Shown: piece after piece, positions 30,050 to 39,259 of the stretch
Layout: each line of letters starts with the position of its first letter
Numbering within the stretch: position 1 is the stretch's first letter
Assembly: GCA_963716255.1 (NCBI GenBank)
Contig: OY970303.1
Location: forward strand, 2,528,001-2,592,000
Length of the DNA stretch: 64,000 bases
Reading direction: 5' to 3'
Source of the DNA: an uncultured Gemmatimonadales bacterium
Lineage (GTDB): Bacteria > Gemmatimonadota > Gemmatimonadetes > Longimicrobiales > Longimicrobiaceae
Program-made: the position numbers and the translations under genes
The notes under the pieces: generated by a model
Databases searched by the model: none
What the model was told of the DNA's origin: nothing
Seen by the model: only the letters and a program-made list of their open reading frames with translations

Positions 30050-31345
30050 ATGCGCCTCCCGAACGTCCGCCGCCCGCCTCCGCCGGGCCGCCCGACCGTC
30101 TTCATCTCCTACCGCCGCGACGACAGCTCCGGCTACGCGGGCCGCCTGCACGACGCGCTGCGGGAACGGTGGGGCGAGGGAAACGTCCGCATGGACGTGG
30201 ACGACATCCCGCCCGGCGCCGACTACACCCAGGCCGCCCGGGAGATGGTCGCGTCCAGCGACATCGTCCTGGTCCTGATCGGGAAGCGGTGGCTGGAAGG
30301 GAGCAACGCGGAACGGCTCGCCGACCCCGCGGACCTCCTTCGCCAGGAGGTCGAGACGGCGCTGAAGAAGAACGTGCGCGTCATCCCGGTCCTGCTGAAC
30401 GGGGCGTCGATGCCGGCCCCGGAAGCCCTTCCGGCCAGCCTCGCGCCCCTGCTGACGCGGAACGCGTTCGAGCTGAGCGAGCGGCGCTGGACCTACGACG
30501 TGCAGGACCTCGTCACCACCGTGGAGCGCCTCCCGGTGCACGCCGCGTTGACCGATGCGCCTGAGCCCGCAGTTCGGCCGCCCGCGCCCGATCCGCCCCT
30601 CCCCTCCCGCCGCCCCGCGACCGCGAAAAGGTTCCCGCTGCGGTCCTGGGAGAGGGCGGTCCTCGCCCTCCTCGCCGTCGCCGCGGTGGTGGGTGCCGTC
30701 CGCATCCTGGCTGATGCCTGGGTGAGCCCGGAGAACATGAGCACGCCCCCGCTCACTGACACGGCGGTGGCCCTTGACCTCCCCTATGACACGCCCGCGG
30801 TCCTTGACCGCCCGCTGCCGCCGGTGCCGGTCGCGGAGGAGGACTGCCGGAGGTTCAACCCGCGCGCACTGAAGGTCGAGCGGAGCTCGAGCGAGAAGGC
30901 GTGGGTGCTCACCGACGGTGTCGCCACCATGGCCTACCTCGACGACGAGGCCGACGCGCAGCGGGCGCTGGCGGTGGCACGGCGGCACACGGAGCACTGC
31001 TTCATCGGGCGGTACATCGATGAGTTGGACATGGGAGGTCTCGGGTACCCCGACCGGGACCGTTACATCACCGACTACTGGATCGGCGATTCGGGCATCG
31101 CCACCACCGTCTCCGACGAGGACTGCGTGGCATACGCGCCGGCCGCGCTCAGGGTGGTGGAACGGAGCCGCTCCTGGCCCCACATGATCCTCCAGGACGG
31201 GACCCGGGCGCTTGCGTCATTCGAGACCCTGGAAGGCGCGAACCGGGCCCGCGAGGTGGCCCGCGGGGCCGCGCAGCTCTGCTACATCGGCCGCGACAAC
31301 AGCCGGCCAAACGCGGAGGCGTTCATCATGGAGTACTGGCGCTAG
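30050..31345 (+). CDS. TIR-domain membrane protein with a duplicated Cys-containing C-terminal module
   Basis: VFISYRRDDS, VLVLIG..W, RQEVETAL, VIPVLL, Pro-rich linker, one TM helix, two EDC...C(F/Y)IGR...YW repeats. Confidence 0.85.
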   Translation: MRLPNVRRPPPPGRPTVFISYRRDDSSGYAGRLHDALRERWGEGNVRMDVDDIPPGADYTQAAREMVASSDIVLVLIGKRWLEGSNAERLADPADLLRQEVETALKKNVRVIPVLLNGASMPAPEALPASLAPLLTRNAFELSERRWTYDVQDLVTTVERLPVHAALTDAPEPAVRPPAPDPPLPSRRPATAKRFPLRSWERAVLALLAVAAVVGAVRILADAWVSPENMSTPPLTDTAVALDLPYDTPAVLDRPLPPVPVAEEDCRRFNPRALKVERSSSEKAWVLTDGVATMAYLDDEADAQRALAVARRHTEHCFIGRYIDELDMGGLGYPDRDRYITDYWIGDSGIATTVSDEDCVAYAPAALRVVERSRSWPHMILQDGTRALASFETLEGANRAREVARGAAQLCYIGRDNSRPNAEAFIMEYWR

Positions 31346-31428
31346 CTCGTCCGCGCCGGGCGGTGGCGGTGCTCGCCGCGCTGGGCACGCGCCGCACACC
31401 CGATGGAACGGCTGGGTACAACCGGTTC

Positions 31429-31561
31429 GGGCGTGCCCCCGGCTGGCGCCGGGGTCGGGCTTCGGCTCCGTAAGCCCGCAAACGACGCGGGCTAACGGAG
31501 TCGAGCCCCGGCGGAAACAACCCCGCCGGGTCTCGCCCCTTCGGGCCGAAATCCCTCACGC
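31429..31561 (-). repeat. Repeat family A, copy 5
   Basis: Reverse complement of the scaffold, longer hairpin variant. Confidence 0.95.
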
Positions 31562-31566
31562 GACTG

Positions 31567-31596
31567 CGGGCCGGAGCATCCCTGCTCCGGCCCGCA
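31567..31596 (-). terminator. Stem-loop downstream of the lasso precursors
   Basis: GCGGGCCGGAGCA-TCCC-TGCTCCGGCCCGC. Confidence 0.55.
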
Positions 31597-31624
31597 ATCG
31601 TGGGTACGTCCGTCGGTCCGCCGG

Positions 31625-31870
31625 CTACTCTTCCTCTTCGAGGCCGGGGCCCCCGGCCTCGTCGTCCCCGTCGGCCTCGCGTTCCAGCTCTTCGCCGCCA
31701 TCCTGGACTTCCTCGCCGGTGAAAGCGAGTCCCATCCAGGAGCCGCCATTGTCCCGGTAGTCGCCCGTGTTCCCGGCCGTCAGCTCCTCCACCTTTCCAA
31801 CCACCGTCGTGCTGGGCGCGCGGTACGTGCCCCGCTGCGGGGTGGCACTCCGATCCTCTGCCTGGCTCAT
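31625..31870 (-). CDS. Lasso peptide precursor A2 (81 aa)
   Basis: RBS GGAGG. Leader YRAP..TVVGKVEELTA (YxxP..G..LT), core starts GNTGDYRD (Gly1, Asp8). Confidence 0.88.
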   Translation of the reverse strand: MSQAEDRSATPQRGTYRAPSTTVVGKVEELTAGNTGDYRDNGGSWMGLAFTGEEVQDGGEELEREADGDDEAGGPGLEEEE

Positions 31871-31943
31871 GTGAACGACCTCCCCAAGGGGTGATGCGGT
31901 GGGACAGCCCCGGCGTCCGCGCCGGGGCTTCCCTTCGGCCGGG

Positions 31944-32120
31944 CTACTCCTCGTCCTCGGCGGGCGCCTCGACCCGGGACTTCTTTTCCTGGTAGTTGCC
32001 CGTGCCGTCGGAGTAGTTGTAGGCGTGGCCAGCGGTCAGGTCCTCGACCTTGCCCACCACGGTGGTGGTCGGCGCGCGGTACGTGCGCTCGGGCCGGCTG
32101 CGGTCTTCGGCGTGGCTCAT
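31944..32120 (-). CDS. Lasso peptide precursor A1 (58 aa)
   Basis: MSHAEDRSRPERTYRAPTTTVVGKVEDLTA|GHAYNYSDGTGNYQEKKSRVEAPAEDEE. Leader nearly identical to A2. Confidence 0.88.
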   Translation of the reverse strand: MSHAEDRSRPERTYRAPTTTVVGKVEDLTAGHAYNYSDGTGNYQEKKSRVEAPAEDEE

Positions 32121-32233
32121 GTGCGATCTTCCTCGCGTGTGAGTGGGTGGGGATGCTCGCGCTCCCCGGGGAGCACCCGGGCCGTGCCGTGGAGATCCGC
32201 GGCCGTCCGGGCGCCGTCGTCGTCCTGCTGCGG

Positions 32234-34003
32234 TCAGGCGGCGGCCGCGTCCGCGGGGCGGCTCGCGGCGAGGCGCGGGCGGGGCGAGAAGCCTTCCAGC
32301 CCCTGAAGCCACGCCTCCAGGTTCGCGGACGCCATGAAGTGCCGGACGCCGACCGTCCTTCCGAAGCGGGCCTGCTGCACCGCCTCCCGCCACGGACCCG
32401 CGGCGGCGTACCCTCGCTCGACGATGCGCGGGCGTTCCGTCAGCATCCCGATCCACGCATCGCCCGACTCCAGCCCTTCCTGGACCGCCTGGTCCGGCCC
32501 CTGCTTTCCCCGCCGGCGCAGCGTCCGCCGCGGAACCACGCCCTCCATGGCGAGGCGCTGGAGCGGGCGGTCGCCGCCGCTGAGGTACTTGTGCTCCCAC
32601 GGGATGGAAAGCATGAGCTCCACCAGCGGGCGGTGGAAGAGCGGGTGGCGGTACTCGGCCCCCGCGGAGGCGTGTGCGAAGTGGACGGCGGCGGCGCTGG
32701 CGTTGTGGATGATCCGCTCCATGTGGTACGCCGCCTCCACGGTCCGGCCCCCCGGCGCGGGCGAAGCCCTGCCGCGGTCCCGGAGCCCCACGGCCGCCGC
32801 GTAGCGCGGGTCGGCCCAGGAGATCGCCACGGGCGGAATGTCCAGCGCCTGGCCACGAAGGTGGCGCAGCACCGGGCGCAGGCCGAAGCGGTGGAGCAGG
32901 TACACGGGCGGCCGGCGCTCGTCCGAGGCGGCGCCCCATTCGCGGGCGCGCCGCCACGCTTCCGCCGCCCGCCCGCGCCGGAGCAGGTCCGCCAGGAAGT
33001 ACGGCCTGGGCACGTCGCCGTGGAACACGGCGTCCCCGCCCTGCCCGGTGAGCACCACGTCCACCCCGTGGTGCCGGAACAGCTCGCGGCAGGTGCGGGA
33101 AAGGCCGCAGCTCGGCAGCCACGCGCTGGGCTCGCCGAAGAACGCCTCCGGCATCTCCGTGAAGGGCCGCACCGCGTCGGCGTCCACCGGGTGCCAGGGC
33201 ACCGGGTGCTCGTCCAGGACCGCGCGAATCCACTTCCGCTCGTCCGCCGTGTGCGACCGCGGGTAGACCATGGAAACGGCCGCCAGGCCGGGCGCGCCCA
33301 GGCGCGCGGCGATGCTGAGCACCGTGGACGAGTCCAGCCCGCCCGAAAGCTCGCACCAGGCACGCCCCTCCTCCGGCAGCGCCGCGGCGACCGCTTCCTC
33401 CAGCCGCGCGCGGAGGCGCTCCGCGTACTCGCGCTCGTCCCGGCAGCGCAGCGTCCGCACCCCGTTGAGCGTGCGCACGTCGTGCCGCGAGATCCTGCCG
33501 TCCCGCCACACCACGCACTCCCCCCGCCTCAGGCGGCGGATGGCGGCGTACGGCGTGCGCTCGCCGAAGTGCTGTCCCTGGGCGAAGTAGTCCGCGACGA
33601 ACTCCTCGTCCAGCGCGCCCACCCCGGTCTCCGCGACCACGTCCTCCAGCGGCGTGCCGAAGGTGACGCCGGCCGGCCCCGCCGCGTAGAAGAGCGGCGC
33701 CAGCCCCAGCTCGTCGTGCGCCAGGAGCAGCGTTCGCGCGGCGGGATCGTAGACCGCGGCGGCGTACTCCCCCACGACGTGCATGGGGAGCTCCGCGCCC
33801 CACCAGCGGAAGGCGAGCGCCACGCGCCCGGCGTCGGAGGCGGGCGGGCGGTGGCCGCGGCGGCGCGCCTCGGCGTCCAGGGCGGCGCGGTCGCCCAGGT
33901 AGCCCCGCAGGAGGACCAGGCACCCCTCCGCCTCCACCGCCCCGGGGTCGGCCACGAGCCGCGGCGTCTCGCCGGCGGTGAGGCGCGCGACGAAGCTGCT
34001 CAC
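32234..34003 (-). CDS. Lasso peptide cyclase (asparagine synthetase-like C protein)
   Basis: HDELGLAPLFY, ELSGGLDSS, LTGQGGD, YRHPLFHRPLVE, RRGK. GTG overlaps the B stop. Confidence 0.88.
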   Translation of the reverse strand: MSSFVARLTAGETPRLVADPGAVEAEGCLVLLRGYLGDRAALDAEARRRGHRPPASDAGRVALAFRWWGAELPMHVVGEYAAAVYDPAARTLLLAHDELGLAPLFYAAGPAGVTFGTPLEDVVAETGVGALDEEFVADYFAQGQHFGERTPYAAIRRLRRGECVVWRDGRISRHDVRTLNGVRTLRCRDEREYAERLRARLEEAVAAALPEEGRAWCELSGGLDSSTVLSIAARLGAPGLAAVSMVYPRSHTADERKWIRAVLDEHPVPWHPVDADAVRPFTEMPEAFFGEPSAWLPSCGLSRTCRELFRHHGVDVVLTGQGGDAVFHGDVPRPYFLADLLRRGRAAEAWRRAREWGAASDERRPPVYLLHRFGLRPVLRHLRGQALDIPPVAISWADPRYAAAVGLRDRGRASPAPGGRTVEAAYHMERIIHNASAAAVHFAHASAGAEYRHPLFHRPLVELMLSIPWEHKYLSGGDRPLQRLAMEGVVPRRTLRRRGKQGPDQAVQEGLESGDAWIGMLTERPRIVERGYAAAGPWREAVQQARFGRTVGVRHFMASANLEAWLQGLEGFSPRPRLAASRPADAAAA

Positions 34004-34707
34004 GGGCGCAGCCTCGCGATCTCGGTGTAGGAGCCCGTGAACGACGGGCTGTCGTGGACCACGCTCCCCCCGCACTCCACCCAGGCGTGGGCCTCGAAGG
34101 GAAAGCGCTGCACCCCGATGCAGTGCTCGGCGGGCACCCCCACCGAGCGCAGGAAGCGGAAGAGCGCCAGCGAGCGCGGCAGGCAGTCCCGGGGCGCGCC
34201 GCGGAGCATGAAGAAGTTTTCGGCGCGGGAAAACGCCTGCCGGGCGCGGGCAACCCGCGCGGCGGCGTCCTCGCCGCCGGGCGACGGGCAGGGCAGGCGG
34301 GCATACCGCCGGTAGGTGTCGGAGAAGCCCCGCCGCGAGATCGAGCGGCTCGTGGCCAGGAGGGAGAGCCACGCGCGGAGGGCCAGGGCGCGGCGCGCGG
34401 CCCGGCCCGGCGCGGCCGGGGCCGCGGCGGGGGCGGGGGCGGGAGGCTCCGGCGCGAGGAAGCCGCGCTCCAGGCAGTCGCGCGCGAAGGCGTCCAGGTC
34501 GTCCCGCAGGACGCCGGCGGGGGCGTCGAACCGCTCGGCCAGCTCGGCGAGCCGCCGCGCCTCGTCGGGGTGCCCGGTGAGCGCCTGCCACATGGCGGTC
34601 GCCACGCGGTCCAGGACCACGTACGACGCGGTGCGAAGGTCCAGCAGTACCACCAGCCCGTCGATTGCGCGGGCCCGGATGTCGGGAGTCGGATACAGGA
34701 TCGGCAT
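34000..34707 (-). CDS. Fused lasso B1 (PqqD/RRE) and B2 (transglutaminase-like leader peptidase)
   Basis: N-terminal DGLVVLLDLRTASYVVLDRVATAMW (RRE), C-terminal DCLPRSLAL...IGV...PFEAHAWVE. Confidence 0.9.
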   Translation of the reverse strand: MPILYPTPDIRARAIDGLVVLLDLRTASYVVLDRVATAMWQALTGHPDEARRLAELAERFDAPAGVLRDDLDAFARDCLERGFLAPEPPAPAPAAAPAAPGRAARRALALRAWLSLLATSRSISRRGFSDTYRRYARLPCPSPGGEDAAARVARARQAFSRAENFFMLRGAPRDCLPRSLALFRFLRSVGVPAEHCIGVQRFPFEAHAWVECGGSVVHDSPSFTGSYTEIARLRP

Positions 34708-34784
34708 GAATGCGCGGCTGGAGGTCCGGAGTCCCACGGCGGCCCTGCCTCGCGGGCGGTGTGGAACCGGCGGAACGCCGGGCG

Positions 34785-34800
34785 GGCATCAAGCGTGCCC
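34785..34800 (-). promoter_or_regulatory. Candidate sigma-54 promoter of the lasso operon
   Basis: Minus strand reads GGGCACGCTTGATGCC (GGCACG-N-TGC, GG-N10-GC). Upstream near-palindrome TGCCCCGGGTGGGACA at 34857-34872. Confidence 0.55.
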
Positions 34801-35049
34801 CGTGCGCGCGTGCGGGCCGCTCCCTCTGCGCGGCCCGGACTCGCCCCGCGGCGGAGTGCCCCGGGTGGGACATTCCTGGGACACCTGTGTGGCGCCCCGG
34901 CAACGGAGGCCGCGCCGCGGCCGCCGCGCCGCCCTTGATTCCCACCGGCCGGCACCGGATCTTTGGGGTCCGCATCCCCACATGCGCCGGTGGCGCGCGG
35001 ACCCCTCTCCGGCCGCGCTCCCTCGACCGCCCCCTGCCTCTCCGGCCCC

Positions 35050-36054
35050 ATGGCGACCGACTACAAGTGCCCGTTCTGCAGGACCGTGGTCAGCTTCCGC
35101 CAGACCATCCCGTCCGGCGTCATCCAGGTCTGCCCCGCGCCCCAGGGGGTGGGCACCTGTGGCGGGCCCATCACCAGCAAGAACCGCTACTACGATCCCA
35201 ACCCGCACGGGAAGGTCTCGTTCGCCAGCCCGAAGACCAAGAAGGTCAGGCTCACACCCACCGCCGCCGGCAGGAGCGCGTCGGCGCCGCCGCTGGCCAT
35301 CCTGGCCGCCACGCCGGCGCACACCACGCGGGTCGTCAACCTCGCCTCCGCCACCTGGACGACCACGACCACCACCAAGATCCGGCTGGCGTACCAGGAC
35401 CTGGACCCGGGCAACCCGGGGATGCAGGGGCTGGTCATCGTGCGGCCGGAACTCGCCAACTACGTCGCCGCCCACGGCGCCGGCAAGCTGAAGCGCCACT
35501 TCGAGGCGGTGGCCGACCTGATGGAGAACAACGTGACCCCCACCGACGCCACCGAGGGGACGGGCGAGGCGGCCGCGGCGCTGGGCGTGGTGGTCAACAA
35601 GAACCACACGTACAAGATGCTATGGGGGATGAACGTGCACCGGGGCGCCGGCATCGACCAGATCTGGGGGCTCCCCGATCCCGCCAACGCGGGGCAGTAC
35701 ACCGACTACCTGGTCGTGGAGGCCAAGGGGCCGGGCCAGGTCCTCACCGTGGACCCGCACCGCCCCGCCGGGATCGGGACGCAGATGTCGCACGACTGGA
35801 TCATCGACAACCTGGCGCGGATGGAGGTGGCCGGGCACGCCGTGGCGACGCGGGTGCTCACGGCCGTGGGGCTCACCACCCACATCCCCGCGCTCTGGCG
35901 GAACTACGGCGGCGCCACCAAGAGCTACTACGGGGTGAACGCGCACAACCCGCCCGCCCACGCGGCCACCCTCCACGCCATGGTGATCACGGCGTCCTGG
36001 ACCGGCGGGGGCGCGCTGACCTACAACATCAGCGGGCAGGCGCAGCACTACTGA
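35050..36054 (+). CDS. Hypothetical protein: N-terminal zinc ribbon and C-terminal PD-(D/E)xK-like nuclease
   Basis: CPFC...CP......C at the N-terminus. GIDQIW...YLVVEAKG...QMSHDWI at the C-terminus. Confidence 0.65.
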   Translation: MATDYKCPFCRTVVSFRQTIPSGVIQVCPAPQGVGTCGGPITSKNRYYDPNPHGKVSFASPKTKKVRLTPTAAGRSASAPPLAILAATPAHTTRVVNLASATWTTTTTTKIRLAYQDLDPGNPGMQGLVIVRPELANYVAAHGAGKLKRHFEAVADLMENNVTPTDATEGTGEAAAALGVVVNKNHTYKMLWGMNVHRGAGIDQIWGLPDPANAGQYTDYLVVEAKGPGQVLTVDPHRPAGIGTQMSHDWIIDNLARMEVAGHAVATRVLTAVGLTTHIPALWRNYGGATKSYYGVNAHNPPAHAATLHAMVITASWTGGGALTYNISGQAQHY

Positions 36055-36168
36055 ACGACTGATACAACCTTTTCGCCCCGGCCGGTGTCGAAGGAAGTAC
36101 CGCGGGCGGGCACGCTCGCGCCCACCCTTTCTACAATGTAGAAAACTCATCCGCACCGGAGCCGCACG

Positions 36169-38814
36169 GTGGCCTTTCCCGACCCTCCCCCCGCGCCGCG
36201 GCTCCCCTCCCTCCCGGCGGCGCTGCTGCGCGGCGCCCTCCCCTACGCCGAGCGCGACGAAGTGCTCGGCGACCTGGCGGACGAGCTCCGGGAGCGCGAG
36301 GCCCGGAGCGGACGGGCGGCCGCGCGGCGCTGGCTCTGGACGCAGGTGCTGGCTTCCCTCCCCACCCTGCTGCGCCGGAGCTGGTGGCGCGGCTGGACCG
36401 GCTTCGAACCGCGGGCGAACCGCCTGCACACCGGAGGTCCCCCGATGGAAAGCTGGATCATGGACGCGCGCTTCGTCGCCCGCCGGCTGGCCTCGCGACC
36501 GGCGTACGTCGTCCTGGCGGTGCTCACGCTGGCGCTGGGGGTGGGCGGCACCGCGGCCATCTACGGCGTCGCCCGCAGGTTCCTGCTGGACCCGCTGCCC
36601 TTCGCCCGCGAGCAGGAGCTCGCCGTCTTCTGGAACCGGTTCGACTGGTCCGAGGCGGAATTCCTGTACCTGGGCGATTTCCCCGGCTTTCGCCAGGTGG
36701 CCGCGTACCGCGCCGAGTCGGTGACGCTGGAGCGCGGCGACGGCTCGCCGCGCGTGCTGCCGGGCCTGTCGTCGTCCGCGGGGCTGTTCGGCACGCTGGG
36801 GGTGAAGCCGCTGCTGGGGACGGGGCTCCGCCCCGGGAGCGACCGGCCCGGCGCCGAGCCCGAGGCGGTGCTCAGCTACGGCCTGTGGGAAGAGCTGGGG
36901 AGCGACCCGGGGATCGTGGGGCGGCGGCTCCGCCTGGACGGCGTGGAGCGCACCGTGACCGGCGTGATGCCGCGCGGCTTCTGGTTCCCCGACCCCACGG
37001 TGCGGGTCTGGCTGGCGGAATCGCTCGACCCGGAGAACCGCGCCGGGAACTACGCCCTGGTGGGGCGCATGCAGCCCGGCCGCACCCCGGACGCCATGGG
37101 CCCGGCGCTGAAGCGCATCACCGACCGGCTCCGCGAGGCCTTCACCTACTCCGAGCAGTGGGACAAGACGCGGAACGCCGAGCTCACCCCGGTGCGGGAG
37201 GCGCTGGTGGGGGGAGTGCGCCCCGCGCTGCTGGCGACGCTCGCCGCCATGGGGCTCATCCTCCTCATCGCGTGCGCCAACGTGGCGGCGCTGATGCTGG
37301 GGCAGGTGGACCGGCAGTCCACCGAGATGGCGGTGCGGACCGCGCTCGGCGCGGGGCGCTGGCGGCTGGTGCAGCAGGTGGTGGTGGAGGCCGTGATGGT
37401 GGGGCTGCTTGCCGGGCTGGCGGGGGCGATGCTGGCGGCCGCCGGGTTCCGGCTGCTGGTGGGCGCCCTCCCCCTGGGCGACCTGGCGGAGGGCGCTGCG
37501 CTCGACTGGCGCGTGTTCGCCTCGGCGATCGCCATCGCCACGCTCGCCTCGCTGGCGGTGGCGCTGGTGCCCGGCCTCTCGCTCTGGCACGGCGACGTGC
37601 AGCGGGTGCTGTCGCGGTCGCGCACCAGCGGCATCGGGGGGCGCGGCGGACGCATCGAGGGCGCCCTGGTGATGGCGGAGGTCGCCCTGGCGGTGCTGAT
37701 GGTGTCCGGCGCCGCCCTGCTGATCCGCAGCGTGGCCAACCTGCGGGCCATCGACGCCGGGGTGGAGGTGGCCGGGGTCGCGGTGGTGGACGTCGCCACC
37801 CCCTCCACCATGGAGCCGGAGCGGCGGAGGCAGGCGCTGCGCGAGCTGGTGCGCGAGCTGGACGCGCTCCCGGGCGTGGAGTCCGCGGCCGCCGTGCAGC
37901 GGCTCCCGCTGCGGGGCGGCGGCGACAACTGGGGGCTCGCCATCGAGGGGCGGCCGGAGCTGCAGAGCACCACCTTCTTCCGGGTGGTGTCGCCGGACTA
38001 CTTCCGCGCCATGGGCATCGCGGTGCGGCAGGGCCGCGGCTTCGAGGCCGGGGACCGGGCCGGGGGCGAGCCGGTGGTGGTGGTCAACGAGGCGCTGGCG
38101 ACCCGGTTCTTCCCGGGGGAGAGCCCGGTGGGCCGCAGGCTGGACGAGGGGGACGGTCTGCTGCCCCGCATCGTGGGGGTGGTGGAGAACGTGGCGGAGG
38201 CCGACCTCACCGACGCCCCGGAGCCCGCCCGCTACATGCTCTACGACCAGGTGCCGTACTACACGCCGGAGGTGAACACGCTGGTGCTCCGCGCCGGGCG
38301 CGGCGGCGGCGCGGCGGCGCTGCTGGAGCCCGCCCGCGACGTCGTGCGGCGGGTGGCGCCGGGCCTGGCGGTGCAGACCACCACCACCATGGAGGAGGTA
38401 TTCACCCGGGCGGTGGGTCCCGCGCGGCAGGTGATGTCGCTGCTGGCGCTGCTGGGGGGCCTGGCGATGGTGCTCGGCGCGGTGGGCGTGTACGGGATCG
38501 TGTCGCACGTGGTCAGCCGCCACCGGCGCGACTGGGGAATCCGCATCGCCCTTGGGCTCCAGCCGCGGCGGGTCGTGGGGCAGGTGGTCCGCGGCGGCGG
38601 CGTGCTGGTGGCCGGCGGGATCGTGCTGGGCGTGGTGGCGTTCCTGGCCGCGGCGCGGTGGCTCGCGTCGTTCCTGTACGGCGTGGGCGCGGCGGACCCG
38701 CTTGCGATCGCCGCGGCGGCGGCCGTGCTGCTGCTGACGGGGCTGCTCGCCGCCTTCGTGCCGGCGTGGCGCGCCAGCCGGATCGACCCGGCGGTCGTGC
38801 TCCGCGAGGCGTGA
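36169..38814 (+). CDS. ADOP/MacB-like duplicated ABC permease
   Basis: GDLADE prefix domain, AVLTLALGVG, LILLIACANVA, two FtsX/MacB halves, PAWRASRIDP..LR. Confidence 0.9.
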   Translation: MAFPDPPPAPRLPSLPAALLRGALPYAERDEVLGDLADELREREARSGRAAARRWLWTQVLASLPTLLRRSWWRGWTGFEPRANRLHTGGPPMESWIMDARFVARRLASRPAYVVLAVLTLALGVGGTAAIYGVARRFLLDPLPFAREQELAVFWNRFDWSEAEFLYLGDFPGFRQVAAYRAESVTLERGDGSPRVLPGLSSSAGLFGTLGVKPLLGTGLRPGSDRPGAEPEAVLSYGLWEELGSDPGIVGRRLRLDGVERTVTGVMPRGFWFPDPTVRVWLAESLDPENRAGNYALVGRMQPGRTPDAMGPALKRITDRLREAFTYSEQWDKTRNAELTPVREALVGGVRPALLATLAAMGLILLIACANVAALMLGQVDRQSTEMAVRTALGAGRWRLVQQVVVEAVMVGLLAGLAGAMLAAAGFRLLVGALPLGDLAEGAALDWRVFASAIAIATLASLAVALVPGLSLWHGDVQRVLSRSRTSGIGGRGGRIEGALVMAEVALAVLMVSGAALLIRSVANLRAIDAGVEVAGVAVVDVATPSTMEPERRRQALRELVRELDALPGVESAAAVQRLPLRGGGDNWGLAIEGRPELQSTTFFRVVSPDYFRAMGIAVRQGRGFEAGDRAGGEPVVVVNEALATRFFPGESPVGRRLDEGDGLLPRIVGVVENVAEADLTDAPEPARYMLYDQVPYYTPEVNTLVLRAGRGGGAAALLEPARDVVRRVAPGLAVQTTTTMEEVFTRAVGPARQVMSLLALLGGLAMVLGAVGVYGIVSHVVSRHRRDWGIRIALGLQPRRVVGQVVRGGGVLVAGGIVLGVVAFLAAARWLASFLYGVGAADPLAIAAAAAVLLLTGLLAAFVPAWRASRIDPAVVLREA

Positions 38815-38851
38815 CCGCCCCGCCGAACCGCGACCCGGGGGGAACCGTCCC

Positions 38852-39181
38852 ATGAGCGAGCATGCGCCGCTGGGAAGCTTCGAGGAGCAGGTCCTGCTCG
38901 CCGTGCTGCGCACCGGCGAGGCGTACGGCATGAGCGTGCGCCGCGAGATCGAGTCGGCCACGGGACGCGGCGTGGCGATCGGCGCGGTCTACGCCACGCT
39001 GGACCGCATGGAGGCCAAGGGGCTGGTGGAATCCGCCCGCCCGGCGCTGGGCGAGCGGTCGCGCCGGGTCTTCGCGGTGACGCCGGAGGGCGCGAGAGCG
39101 CTGGCGGCCACGCGGGCCATGCGCGAGCGGCTCTGGCAGGGGATCGACCTGCGCCGCCTCCTCCCGGAGGGCGGAGGGTAG
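38852..39181 (+). CDS. PadR-family transcriptional regulator
   Basis: LGSFEEQVLLAVL, YGMSVRREI, GAVYATLDRMEAKG. Confidence 0.92.
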   Translation: MSEHAPLGSFEEQVLLAVLRTGEAYGMSVRREIESATGRGVAIGAVYATLDRMEAKGLVESARPALGERSRRVFAVTPEGARALAATRAMRERLWQGIDLRRLLPEGGG

Positions 39182-39259
39182 CCGCGGCGCCGGGAACGCG
39201 CTTGCTCCCCGCGGCGGGGCGCCCCATGTTCTCCGGAACCAACCCGAAACGGAGATCCC

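Noticed and set aside
32234..34003. Housekeeping asparagine synthetase
   Set aside because: No N-terminal catalytic Cys, and it overlaps an RRE-peptidase gene and precedes lasso-type precursors.
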